This document shows positions 1 through 8,085 of a DNA stretch of 64,000 bases, in pieces (position 1 is the stretch's first letter; every line of letters starts with the position of its first letter). Origin of the DNA: a virus (lineage: Duplodnaviria; Heunggongvirae; Uroviricota; Caudoviricetes); IMG/VR virus record IMGVR_UViG_3300046474_000142; one strand, 5' to 3'. The notes beneath the pieces were generated by a model. It ran no database searches. It was not told the DNA's origin and worked only from the letters and a program-made list of their open reading frames with translations. The translations under genes and the position numbers were made by a program.

Positions 1-57
1 CAAAGAGGGAACAGGAGTGCAACTGTATCATGCCATCCTGTCCCGCACAACGCTCGA

Positions 58-1032
58 TTATTTCTTAGCCGGTGCGGATTTGCTGGCCGTCTTCGCAGGA
101 GCCTTCTGCGGCCCCTTAGAGCCGTTTCCGTTCTTGGCTGGCGCTTGGGTAGCAGCGGCAGGAGCCGAAGGCGTAGGAGCCGTTTCCGGGGCTTTGGTAG
201 CGGTGTCGTGCAGCGCTTGTGCAGCCTGTTGCAGCGGGTCAGCGGTTACGGCAGTGAGTGCTGCCAGCATTTCCTTGCGCTTGCGCAGTTCTTCCGCCGC
301 CTCAGCGTCCAGCGCCTTTTCGAACTCCACGGTCAGCTCCTTGATGGCAGCTTTCGTTGCTTCGAAATCCGTGGTAGTCTTCTGTGCTTCGGCATTCATG
401 TCCACGATCTTCTGGTTCAGATCAATGGAGCGCTGGTTGAGTTCCTGAATACGGCGGAACAGGGAAGCACTAGCCGTCTCGTTAGCAACGGGATGCACGA
501 TGGCAGCTGGCAGGGCAGCAGGGGTTTCACCCGGCTGTGGCAGGTCGCCGGACGGACCTTGCGGGAGCGGCTGAGCGTCCAACGGCTTCGCACTAGTCTT
601 GCGGGAGGCAGCAGGGGGCGGATTGATGTCTTTGATCTGAGCCGATGCACTGTTAGAAGCTGCCAGCATGTTTGGAAGCGGGCGGCTGTTGCGGGGCATA
701 CGGTGTGTAATGCGAACTTGCTGGTCTTGCTTACCAGTCGCTTGCTTGTAGCGCTCCATCAGTACCCGCTCGTCTTCAGCCGACAGCGGGGAGGTCATCT
801 TGTAGTAGTCCAGCGGCATCACTTGCGGGTTGCCCTTCCCATTCCAGACTTGAATCTTGTCGCCTTGAATGGTGTCGCGGAGGAAGACGACAGGTTGTTG
901 GTCGCGTGCATCGAAACGGCAGAGGATGTCGATCATTTGAAGCTCCATATAGATAGGTTGGTAAGACACAAAGTTTAACGTCCTGCCCTTAGTGGGCCGT
1001 CCTTTGTTGCGTGGACAGATCGAACTGTACAC
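58..1032 (-). CDS. Hypothetical protein with a coiled-coil middle and an Ala/Lys/Pro-rich histone-H1-like C-terminal tail. It is transcribed divergently from the early genes and is a possible regulator or DNA-binding protein.
   Basis: Complete 324-aa ORF. The C-terminus (APAKNGNGSKGPQKAPAKTASKSAPAKK) is a low-complexity basic tail. No convincing RBS at either candidate ATG, so the start is uncertain. Confidence 0.45.
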   Translation of the reverse strand: MYSSICPRNKGRPTKGRTLNFVSYQPIYMELQMIDILCRFDARDQQPVVFLRDTIQGDKIQVWNGKGNPQVMPLDYYKMTSPLSAEDERVLMERYKQATGKQDQQVRITHRMPRNSRPLPNMLAASNSASAQIKDINPPPAASRKTSAKPLDAQPLPQGPSGDLPQPGETPAALPAAIVHPVANETASASLFRRIQELNQRSIDLNQKIVDMNAEAQKTTTDFEATKAAIKELTVEFEKALDAEAAEELRKRKEMLAALTAVTADPLQQAAQALHDTATKAPETAPTPSAPAAATQAPAKNGNGSKGPQKAPAKTASKSAPAKK

Positions 1033-1716
1033 CTGTTACAGAAGATTTCAAGGGGTTATCTCAATCGTGCGCAGGGTTTTCTGAAAGCTAATAGCTAACT
1101 TCGTTGCAACGATACAACGAAACACAAACAAATCTCTCACATCTTCACAAGTAACACTTCCTTCGTTCTATTAATCCTACACAACGTAGGAGCGGTCTTA
1201 CAAATCAACGGGTTACGTAGGATAGTAGGTAGCACTACCAACGTACTTACGTTTCACTTTTGCCAACTGTGTTACGTAACTAGGATGGAACCACTGTATA
1301 AGCGTATATAATTTTCAACCGTGCGCAGAGGGAATGCTGTAGAATGGGAAGTGGGTGGTAGTTCACCCGTTCTCCAATACCGGGGATTTTGATTAAAACT
1401 TATGCAACTTTAGGAGGAACTGTAAGGTTTCGTAGCTGCTGCATTGCCTGAAACCAAGAAAATCATACTTACCGTAGTATAAAGACAACAATACCTACAA
1501 CATTTCTTTTGAGCAACAGCCAAAGGGAGGGGGAGTTGCTTTCCTGAAACATTTGATGGTACAGGAGCAACTTTTAGGGTGCTGTTGAGGTAGGAAAGGC
1601 TACCTATATATAAGAAAGAATAGAAAATTCCCCAGTCCTGTCTGAAAATCTGACTTTTGATTTTCCAAACCTATTTTGAGAAAATGTCTGGGACGAAAAT
1701 AAGTAGCACTACCTAC

Positions 1717-1744
1717 TTGACACGGAAAAATTTTCGCGTAAAAT
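1717..1744 (+). promoter_or_regulatory. sigma70-type promoter (TTGACA-16-TAAAAT) upstream of the first early gene
   Basis: TTGACA at 1717-1722 and TAAAAT at 1739-1744. It is preceded by the GTAGCACTAC motif and lies 50 nt upstream of ATG 1794. Confidence 0.5.
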
Positions 1745-1793
1745 TCGAATCCTCAACCAACCGGCCCGACAGGGCAAACAAAAGGAGAACACC

Positions 1794-2489
1794 ATGAACA
1801 AACAATTCACCGCCGCTGAAATCGTCCGCAAAGCCCTGACCATCCTGTGGGATGGCGTAGGCTCCATCGGAGGTAAGGAGCACTTCGCATGTTTCTGCGT
1901 TACCGAGGCAATGTGCAAGCTGGCTGACCTCTCGTGGTGTGATGCCCGTCAAAGCGATTCCGTGAAGCCGATCCACGCTCGCATTATCCAGTACATCGAC
2001 GGCTACGACACCGTGGGAGAGTACTTCAACGAGAAGCTGGGAAAGGGTTTCGTTCCGGCAGGGGAAGCCCAAGCCTTCCGTAAGAAGATGCTGGAAGAAA
2101 TTCTGGCGGAATACGAGAGCGAAGAGATGATCGCTTCGATGAAGAAGAGCGACATCCTGAAGGAAGCGAAGGAGTACTTGGCAAAAGATAGCGACCACTA
2201 CATGCAACCGCGTATCACGATGTACATTTGCCACAGCGTCAGCCGTGCTATCACCGACCGCATGAATGCGAACCCGACAAAGACAGCGTATCAAAAGGCG
2301 CTGGACCGGATGGAATACAGTCTGCGTAACGCCATCGTCACCCGCCTCGGCGCCGGCACCTTCACCGGGGCAATTAGCAACCTGCTCGGAGACGATTTCG
2401 CAGAATCGCTCACTACCGAACAGATTCAGACCTACCGCCACAACTGGCTCGACTCGCTGACCCGTGAGTACCAGCGGGAAGGTCTGTAA
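1794..2489 (+). CDS. hypothetical early protein
   Basis: 231-aa ORF. The RBS is aaaaggagaacacc immediately before ATG 1794. Confidence 0.6.
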   Translation: MNKQFTAAEIVRKALTILWDGVGSIGGKEHFACFCVTEAMCKLADLSWCDARQSDSVKPIHARIIQYIDGYDTVGEYFNEKLGKGFVPAGEAQAFRKKMLEEILAEYESEEMIASMKKSDILKEAKEYLAKDSDHYMQPRITMYICHSVSRAITDRMNANPTKTAYQKALDRMEYSLRNAIVTRLGAGTFTGAISNLLGDDFAESLTTEQIQTYRHNWLDSLTREYQREGL

Positions 2490-2779
2490 TGAGCTACGAA
2501 CCACAATTCATCGTCGGGAAGACTTATCTGACGAAAGAAGGGAAGCGTGTCAAGATCATCGCTGAGAACCGTAGGCGTGGCTACGAGTGTGTGCAGGGTG
2601 ACGATGGCGTTACCCGTGTGGACGAGATGATTTGCACTCCGGGCGTGTACGAAATCACGGAAGGTTCAGAACTGGGCTGGCGCTACGACAGGGAGGGAGA
2701 TGTTGGCCGTTGCACCGGATCGCCTCACGACTTTTCTGACCCGGCCAACCTCGTACCGGGCAGTGAACAACCAAACTAA
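2489..2779 (+). CDS. hypothetical protein
   Basis: 96-aa ORF. Its start overlaps the upstream stop (TAATGA), suggesting translational coupling. Confidence 0.5.
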   Translation: MSYEPQFIVGKTYLTKEGKRVKIIAENRRRGYECVQGDDGVTRVDEMICTPGVYEITEGSELGWRYDREGDVGRCTGSPHDFSDPANLVPGSEQPN

Positions 2780-2791
2780 CGCTACCTAAAG

Positions 2792-2820
2792 TTGACAGCA
2801 ACACGTAATGGTGGTATGAT
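2792..2820 (+). promoter_or_regulatory. sigma70-type promoter TTGACA-17-TATGAT
   Basis: Exact -35 hexamer with a 17-nt spacer and a TGgTATGAT extended -10, upstream of the 2843 gene. Confidence 0.5.
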
Positions 2821-2842
2821 CTAGCTTTACGCGGAGCAAGCA

Positions 2843-3433
2843 ATGAATTGGAACGATTGGTTTGAATACGACGAAAGTAGTGTTAGCTGCCTACGGTGGA
2901 AGGTTGACCGTTACGCTGGCGGTAGGCAACTCGTTGCTGCCGGAGATGAAGCCGGGACGATAGGTGGGCAGCAGTACTACCGTGTACAGTTGCAGGGGAA
3001 GATTTACACGGTACATCTGATTATCTGGGAACTCCTGAAGGGAGGCGTGCCGGAAAGTTTCGAAGTAGATCACGAGAACCGGGTGAAGACCGACAACAAG
3101 ATTGGAAATCTCAGACTTGTGAGCAAGAGTGTCAACTGCCGGAATCGACGCCTGAGAAGCGATTCAAAGACGAAGCTGAATGGAGTAACGAAACGGGAGC
3201 GGACGCTTCCTTCCGGTTCGTCATTCGTTAGTTGGGTCGGTAGGTACGTCAATAAAGCCGGGGAGCGTTTGAGCAAGGAGTTCTCAACATCGAAGTACGG
3301 ACAGGATGGGGCTAAACAAGCAGCCATCACATTTATTAACCAGTGTAAGCTGGCCGATGATGGCGGCTCCTACACAGATACACACGGAAAGGAACAGCAT
3401 GACGCTTTATCAGATTATTCAGCAGTTGCATAA
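2843..3433 (+). CDS. HNH-AP2 homing endonuclease (free-standing)
   Basis: N-terminal YDESSxSCLRWK motif; HNH core VDHENRVKTDNKIGNLRLV; C-terminal AP2-like DNA-binding region. It is one of 9 paralogs in this window. Confidence 0.8.
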   Translation: MNWNDWFEYDESSVSCLRWKVDRYAGGRQLVAAGDEAGTIGGQQYYRVQLQGKIYTVHLIIWELLKGGVPESFEVDHENRVKTDNKIGNLRLVSKSVNCRNRRLRSDSKTKLNGVTKRERTLPSGSSFVSWVGRYVNKAGERLSKEFSTSKYGQDGAKQAAITFINQCKLADDGGSYTDTHGKEQHDALSDYSAVA

Positions 3434-4754
3434 CGCTAACGGTACAATCGAGAAGCAGGCAATTTTTGATGCGAACAAAGGCAACGCACTACTGAAAGAG
3501 TATGTCCGGGTGACGCTCGACCCCGGCATCAATTACTACCAGAAGAAGATTCCGAAGGCCATCCGCGAGGGCTGGGAAGAGTTCAGTGCAGGCACAATCC
3601 TAGAGCTATACGAGAAACTTGCCAACAGGCGTGTGACCGGGGATTTAGCCAAGGAGTACTTGCAAGCTGTCTACAGTGATGCCGACGCTGAAGCACGGGA
3701 GCTAATAAGCTACATGATCGACCGGAAAATCGGTAAGACCAGTGTTGGCGAAACTATGGCCCTGAAAACTTGGCCGGGGCTATTCTTCACCGTGCCGTAT
3801 CAAAGGTGCTCGCTGCTGGACAAGAAGGCCCGTGAGCGCTTCGGCAAGCTGAAACGCTTCTACGTACAGACCAAGGCTGACGGCTCGTTTGCGTACATCG
3901 TCAAGCGTAAGGATCACACCGTCGATGTCATCACGCGACAAGGTTCGAAGTACCCTCAGTGGTTTGCTGAGATGCTTACGAACGGCATGGAGCCGGGAAC
4001 TGTCGTAGTAGGAGAACTTTTAGTGGGCGAGGCGTTCGAAGGGCCAGAGGATGTGATGCTGGACCGGAAGACTGCAAACGGCATCCTGAATAGCTGCCTG
4101 AAGGACGGGGATGGGCTAGGTACGCATCGTACCGTGCATGTGCAAGCATGGGATATGCTGACACAAGACGAGTTTGAAGCCGGTAAGTCGTCCCGCAACT
4201 ATGAAGACCGGCTGAAAACGATGCAATCATGCCCGTACTTCAGCATGACTCTCAGAATTCAGATCATCTACACCGCTGTTGTGTCGTCGCTGGAAGAAGC
4301 ATTCGCTATCTACCAAGAGCACTTGCAACGTGGTCTGGAAGGTGTCATCATCTCGGACCCGGACGACCTGTGGAAAGATGGAACATCGAAGGGCAAGGTA
4401 AAGCTGAAGATCAAGTTCGAAGTGGAGATGCGTGTCAAGCGTCTGTACGAAGGCGAAGGCAAAGCTGCTGGTATGTTGGGCGGTGTTGAGCTGGAATCGG
4501 AAGACGGCGGAATCGAGAACGACTGTGGCTCCGGCTTCGATGACAAACAGCGTAAGCTGTTCTGGGATCAACCGCACATGCTACTGAACATGGTCGTAAT
4601 GGTGGAAGCCAACGACATCACGACTACCCGTGATGGCAAGAAAAAGCCTGCCTTGTCCTTGCCGATCTTCTGCGAAGTGAGGTATGATAAGGTGGTAGCA
4701 GACACTACCGAGCGTATCTACGCACAACTAGAAGCAGCAAAACAAGGAGGGTAA
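3399..4754 (+). CDS. ATP-dependent DNA ligase
   Basis: KADGSFAYIV (motif I KxDG, adenylation lysine), VVVGELLV (motif III), EGVIISDP (motif IV) and a Lys-rich motif V KGKVKLKIK. The preferred start is ATG 3399 with RBS ggaaaggaa. The longer ORF from 3306 overlaps the upstream HNH gene. Confidence 0.8.
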   Translation: MTLYQIIQQLHNANGTIEKQAIFDANKGNALLKEYVRVTLDPGINYYQKKIPKAIREGWEEFSAGTILELYEKLANRRVTGDLAKEYLQAVYSDADAEARELISYMIDRKIGKTSVGETMALKTWPGLFFTVPYQRCSLLDKKARERFGKLKRFYVQTKADGSFAYIVKRKDHTVDVITRQGSKYPQWFAEMLTNGMEPGTVVVGELLVGEAFEGPEDVMLDRKTANGILNSCLKDGDGLGTHRTVHVQAWDMLTQDEFEAGKSSRNYEDRLKTMQSCPYFSMTLRIQIIYTAVVSSLEEAFAIYQEHLQRGLEGVIISDPDDLWKDGTSKGKVKLKIKFEVEMRVKRLYEGEGKAAGMLGGVELESEDGGIENDCGSGFDDKQRKLFWDQPHMLLNMVVMVEANDITTTRDGKKKPALSLPIFCEVRYDKVVADTTERIYAQLEAAKQGG

Positions 4755-5138
4755 ATGAACATTAACGTAGAAGTAGGTATTAGCCGGACCAGCCGGGACG
4801 AAATCCACATCCGTGTACAGGATAAGACCAGCCGAGCGAAGTTCGTGGATGTCTGCATGACGCCAGCCGACTTCGCTATGGCTCTCACGGGCCTGTACGG
4901 CGTTGAAGCTACCGCTGAAGTGAGGGGCTTGGATGTCGTCGGCAAGACGAAGATCACGGAGGACCGATCCATCGAGTGTCCTCTCAGTACGTATGACAAA
5001 AAGGAGCTGGGAGCGTGGCTGGAAGAACACGGTAAGGAGGAAGGCTGGGAAGTCAACACGTACCTGGGAAGCCAGCGCAGCGTTACGCACCTGAACGGCA
5101 AGACCGTGCTGAACTATTCCGTGACGCGTTACGAATAA
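4755..5138 (+). CDS. hypothetical protein
   Basis: 127-aa ORF with RBS caaggagggtaa before the ATG. Confidence 0.55.
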   Translation: MNINVEVGISRTSRDEIHIRVQDKTSRAKFVDVCMTPADFAMALTGLYGVEATAEVRGLDVVGKTKITEDRSIECPLSTYDKKELGAWLEEHGKEEGWEVNTYLGSQRSVTHLNGKTVLNYSVTRYE

Positions 5139-5145
5139 TCGACAC

Positions 5146-5180
5146 TTGACAAAGAATCGTACGTAGTGTAAGCTACGTAC
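5146..5180 (+). promoter_or_regulatory. Early promoter TTGACA-17-TAAGCT with a TG extension. It is overlapped by a perfect inverted-repeat operator GTACGTAG-tgtaag-CTACGTAC (5159-5180).
   Basis: The same 35-bp promoter/operator sequence is repeated at 10374-10408. A one-arm variant lies at 20556-20584. Confidence 0.6.
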
Positions 5181-5205
5181 TTTCTGAATGATCTAAGGAG
5201 ATGGC

Positions 5206-5712
5206 ATGGAAGATAAGGTTACAGCAAATATGTTGGACGATTTGACCCAAGCCTACCTGAATTCCATGTTCTCGTACGATCCGCTGACAGGACGGCTTAC
5301 TGCGAAGGTGAAGTCAGGAAGGTTTGTTCCTGGTAAAGAAGTCGGGAGCGTGAAAGGCGGCGGCTATAGGCAAGTACGTATATCGGGCAAGACTTACTTA
5401 GTCCATCGTGTCATCTGGTGCATGGTCTACGGAAACTTTCCAGCTAAACGTGTAGATCACAAGGACCGGAACCGATTGAATAACTCCATATCGAACTTGA
5501 GAGTCGTCACAGCGATAGGTAACGCAACAAATCGCAGCGGCAGGGTGGAAAGTAAGACGGGGATAAAAGGCGTGTGCTGGCACTCCCGTGTACAGCGATG
5601 GTACGTCCAGATTAGGAGCGAGGGCAGGGTAGTTTATAGATCGTACTACGACGACCTTAGTGTTGCGGAATCTGTAGCGGTAAGGGAGTATGCAAAGCTG
5701 GGGGTATCTTGA
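5206..5712 (+). CDS. HNH-AP2 homing endonuclease
   Basis: Paralog of 2843. HNH core is VDHKDRNRLNNSISNLRVV; the tail is AP2-like. Confidence 0.8.
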   Translation: MEDKVTANMLDDLTQAYLNSMFSYDPLTGRLTAKVKSGRFVPGKEVGSVKGGGYRQVRISGKTYLVHRVIWCMVYGNFPAKRVDHKDRNRLNNSISNLRVVTAIGNATNRSGRVESKTGIKGVCWHSRVQRWYVQIRSEGRVVYRSYYDDLSVAESVAVREYAKLGVS

Positions 5713-6176
5713 GTATCGTTATAAGGCTGTTGCTTGCTATTTTGGTAGCAGTGCCTATAAAGCTCGGAATCCCTGCCACGGTCCCTCCGGCCCCAGTAGC
5801 TCCGAAATACAGCCAGGACGATTTGTGCCTTGCTTGGGTAATTGACAGCGAGGCACGAGGGGAACCTGCGAAGGGTCAGCGCGCGGTCTATGACGTAGTG
5901 CTCCACAGGATGGAAACCCGTGATATGACAGCCTGCGAAGTGGTGAAAGAATCCGGGCAGTTCAGCGGATTCCACAGGGGTATGCGACTAGTAGCAACGG
6001 AAGAGATGTTGCAAAGGCTGAAGAAAGTCCGTAGAATAGCCCCTGTCGCAAGTAGTGCTACGTTCTTTCATAGTGACTATGTGAAGCCTACGTGGGCTTC
6101 CAAAATGAAGAAGATTTTAACCATCGGTCGGCATACATTTTTTGCCGAACGAAAACACAAGGAGAAGAAACAATGA
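5709..6176 (+). CDS. SleB-type cell wall hydrolase-like protein with an N-terminal hydrophobic (signal or TM) segment
   Basis: WVIDSEARGEP...AVYDVVLHRM...ESGQFSGFH resembles the Hydrolase_2/SleB family. Start is TTG, overlapping the upstream stop. The N-terminus is hydrophobic (LLLAILVAVPI). Confidence 0.45.
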   Translation: MSIVIRLLLAILVAVPIKLGIPATVPPAPVAPKYSQDDLCLAWVIDSEARGEPAKGQRAVYDVVLHRMETRDMTACEVVKESGQFSGFHRGMRLVATEEMLQRLKKVRRIAPVASSATFFHSDYVKPTWASKMKKILTIGRHTFFAERKHKEKKQ

Positions 6177-6490
6177 CTATCGCAAGCGATGCCGGATTCG
6201 TTATCGGCAAACAGTACCAAATCAAAAGTGGGCCCAGCGTTGGCGAAATCGTGACGTTCAAAAAGGATGATGGGACCGACTGCCCCGCGTTCGACTGTAG
6301 CAGAGAATACGACAGCGACGGCTGGTCTTTCATCACGTTGTCTCGCTTAAGGCCAGTGGAAACGACCGGGGCAGCTACGCCCCTGAAGAACTTCATCATC
6401 GACGTTACCGATGTGGAAACCACTGTGCGGGTCGGGAAGCTCCTGAGCGCTGACCAACTCAAGCGCATCATCGAGATTCTGGGGGAATGA
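6173..6490 (+). CDS. hypothetical protein
   Basis: 105-aa ORF with RBS aaggagaagaaaca before ATG 6173. The longer track ORF from 6092 is not preferred. Confidence 0.5.
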   Translation: MTIASDAGFVIGKQYQIKSGPSVGEIVTFKKDDGTDCPAFDCSREYDSDGWSFITLSRLRPVETTGAATPLKNFIIDVTDVETTVRVGKLLSADQLKRIIEILGE

Positions 6491-7596
6491 TGCTGACGAT
6501 TCAAGGCAAATACGGAATCAAGGCTACCATACTAGCTGACAGTATCAGCGAGATGGGCGTCCGATTCCTGACGTACGAAATCGAATACCCGCGCCTGATT
6601 CTGGCGGAATTGAATACGCACAAGATGCTGTCGAAGAACAGCTTCAGTTCCCGTGCTGTACCGTTCAACAAGATGGTGCAGCAGCTCAACGGACGCCCGG
6701 TACGTTTCGGTGCGAACCAAGGCGGGATGCAGGACAAGGGAGAAGACTTCGATGCAATGGTCATCATTCCTGAGTATCTGTACGATGCCTTGGCTCAATA
6801 CCTGTTGCAAGAGCTAGACGGTATGCTAACCGTGGAAGACCTAAAAGAGATTTCGGGAGACGGCACAGCGCAGATGACGGCGTTCGGTGCGTGGAATTTC
6901 CACAGGTTCCTGAGCGTGGGTATCGCCGGAGCGTTGAACGACGCTAAGTACCACAAGCAAGTGTTCAATCGCCTGACCGAAGCACACCAGATGATGAAGA
7001 CCGTCATCTCCGGTACGGAGCTGGAAAACTTCTTCTGGCTGCGTGACCACGGAGCGGCTGACCCATCGCTGCATGAGCTGGCCCGTGTGATGAATGAAGC
7101 TCGTAAGGCTTCCACGCCGGAGCTGCTGAAGGCTGGTGAGTGGCATTTGCCGTATCTGGACTGGTTCCGTGGGGATAAAGAGGAGCAGATGTTCTTCCTG
7201 CCCTCTGAAAACGCTGACGATGTTGGGGATATTACAATCCTGACGTTGGAAGAGGCAATCAAGGTAAGCTGCGCTCGTTGTGCTGCTGTCAGCTACCGTA
7301 ATGAAGGCTACGGGTTGGAAAAGTCGCTGGAAGTATATGACCGTCTGGTGGGTGATGAGAAGAAGCACGCAAGCGCTTTCGAACATTGCGCTACGCCGAT
7401 TCGCAAGCACGGCTACTACCAGAGCAGCATTCGTCCTAGCAAGTACGAGCAGAACCATCCGTGGGTTCCGTACACCTGGGAAGAAGGCATCACCCACGTA
7501 ACCCGTGACGGCAACTTGTGGAGTGGCAACCTGAAGGGCTGGCGACAATACCGGAAGCTGATTCCGGGTGAGAACTACACAGGGAGTGAAAAATGA
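6487..7596 (+). CDS. ThyX-like (flavin-dependent thymidylate synthase family) protein, divergent
   Basis: THKMLSKNSFSSRAV resembles the ThyX RHRxxSxNxxSxRY signature. KKHASAFEHCATPI resembles the second ThyX motif (DSHAQWEIQ). At 369 aa it is longer than typical ThyX, so assignment is tentative. Confidence 0.4.
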   Translation: MMLTIQGKYGIKATILADSISEMGVRFLTYEIEYPRLILAELNTHKMLSKNSFSSRAVPFNKMVQQLNGRPVRFGANQGGMQDKGEDFDAMVIIPEYLYDALAQYLLQELDGMLTVEDLKEISGDGTAQMTAFGAWNFHRFLSVGIAGALNDAKYHKQVFNRLTEAHQMMKTVISGTELENFFWLRDHGAADPSLHELARVMNEARKASTPELLKAGEWHLPYLDWFRGDKEEQMFFLPSENADDVGDITILTLEEAIKVSCARCAAVSYRNEGYGLEKSLEVYDRLVGDEKKHASAFEHCATPIRKHGYYQSSIRPSKYEQNHPWVPYTWEEGITHVTRDGNLWSGNLKGWRQYRKLIPGENYTGSEK

Positions 7597-7967
7597 GCAA
7601 ATTGGACAGCATGAACCTAACGAAAGCTACGTCAGATGTTGTAAGCAATGACATAGATTTCGCAGTGAGACAAACCCGACGACGCCTGCCTACGGAATAC
7701 ACTGCTTACGTTGTTACTAAAGAGGGGCAAGTAGTGGTATGCCCACGACAGGACAGCACTAAAGATGAGTGGTCAGCCCACGTAGGCAGAGTCATCGGGA
7801 TGGTAAAAGTAGACTCCGTTATCTTCTGCGGCGAAGCTTTGAACCAGCAACGTGAAGACATTTACGCCGTAAAGGTGGAGATGGCGGATCGGTACGTAAT
7901 CGGCGTGGCTCCGATGACTAAGAAAGCTATCGGAGCATTCACTTGGACAGAGGTAGTGAAAGGTTGA
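7593..7967 (+). CDS. hypothetical protein
   Basis: 124-aa ORF; its ATGA start overlaps the upstream stop. Confidence 0.5.
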   Translation: MSKLDSMNLTKATSDVVSNDIDFAVRQTRRRLPTEYTAYVVTKEGQVVVCPRQDSTKDEWSAHVGRVIGMVKVDSVIFCGEALNQQREDIYAVKVEMADRYVIGVAPMTKKAIGAFTWTEVVKG

Positions 7968-7968
7968 T

Positions 7969-8085
7969 ATGAACTGGGGGGATTACTTCTACTACGATGA
8001 AAGCTCCCCGCCCTGTCTCCGTCAGGCAGCTATCCAAGATATGAATACAAATGGTGCAGGATACACAGAAAGGCATGGAAAATGA
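7969..8085 (+). pseudogene. Decayed remnant of an HNH-AP2 homing endonuclease gene. An internal deletion fuses the N-terminal 17 aa to the C-terminal 13 aa.
   Basis: 38-codon ORF MNWGDYFYYDESSPPCLRQ...NTNGAGYTERHGK. Its first ~45 nt are near-identical to the start of the intact paralog at 33405. The last codons match the AP2 C-terminus xGAxYTxRHG, and the whole HNH core is missing. Confidence 0.6.

Noticed and set aside
17-448. 143-aa Ala-rich + strand ORF at the left end
   Set aside because: It lies antisense to the better-supported 58-1032 minus-strand gene. Its low-complexity Ala-rich translation is typical of the reverse frame of a GC-rich gene.
1741-1760. aaaTTCGAATCCtc resembling a tRNA T-loop
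   Set aside because: No acceptor, D or anticodon stems can be formed around it. It is a chance match, and the sequence overlaps the -10 of the 1717 promoter.
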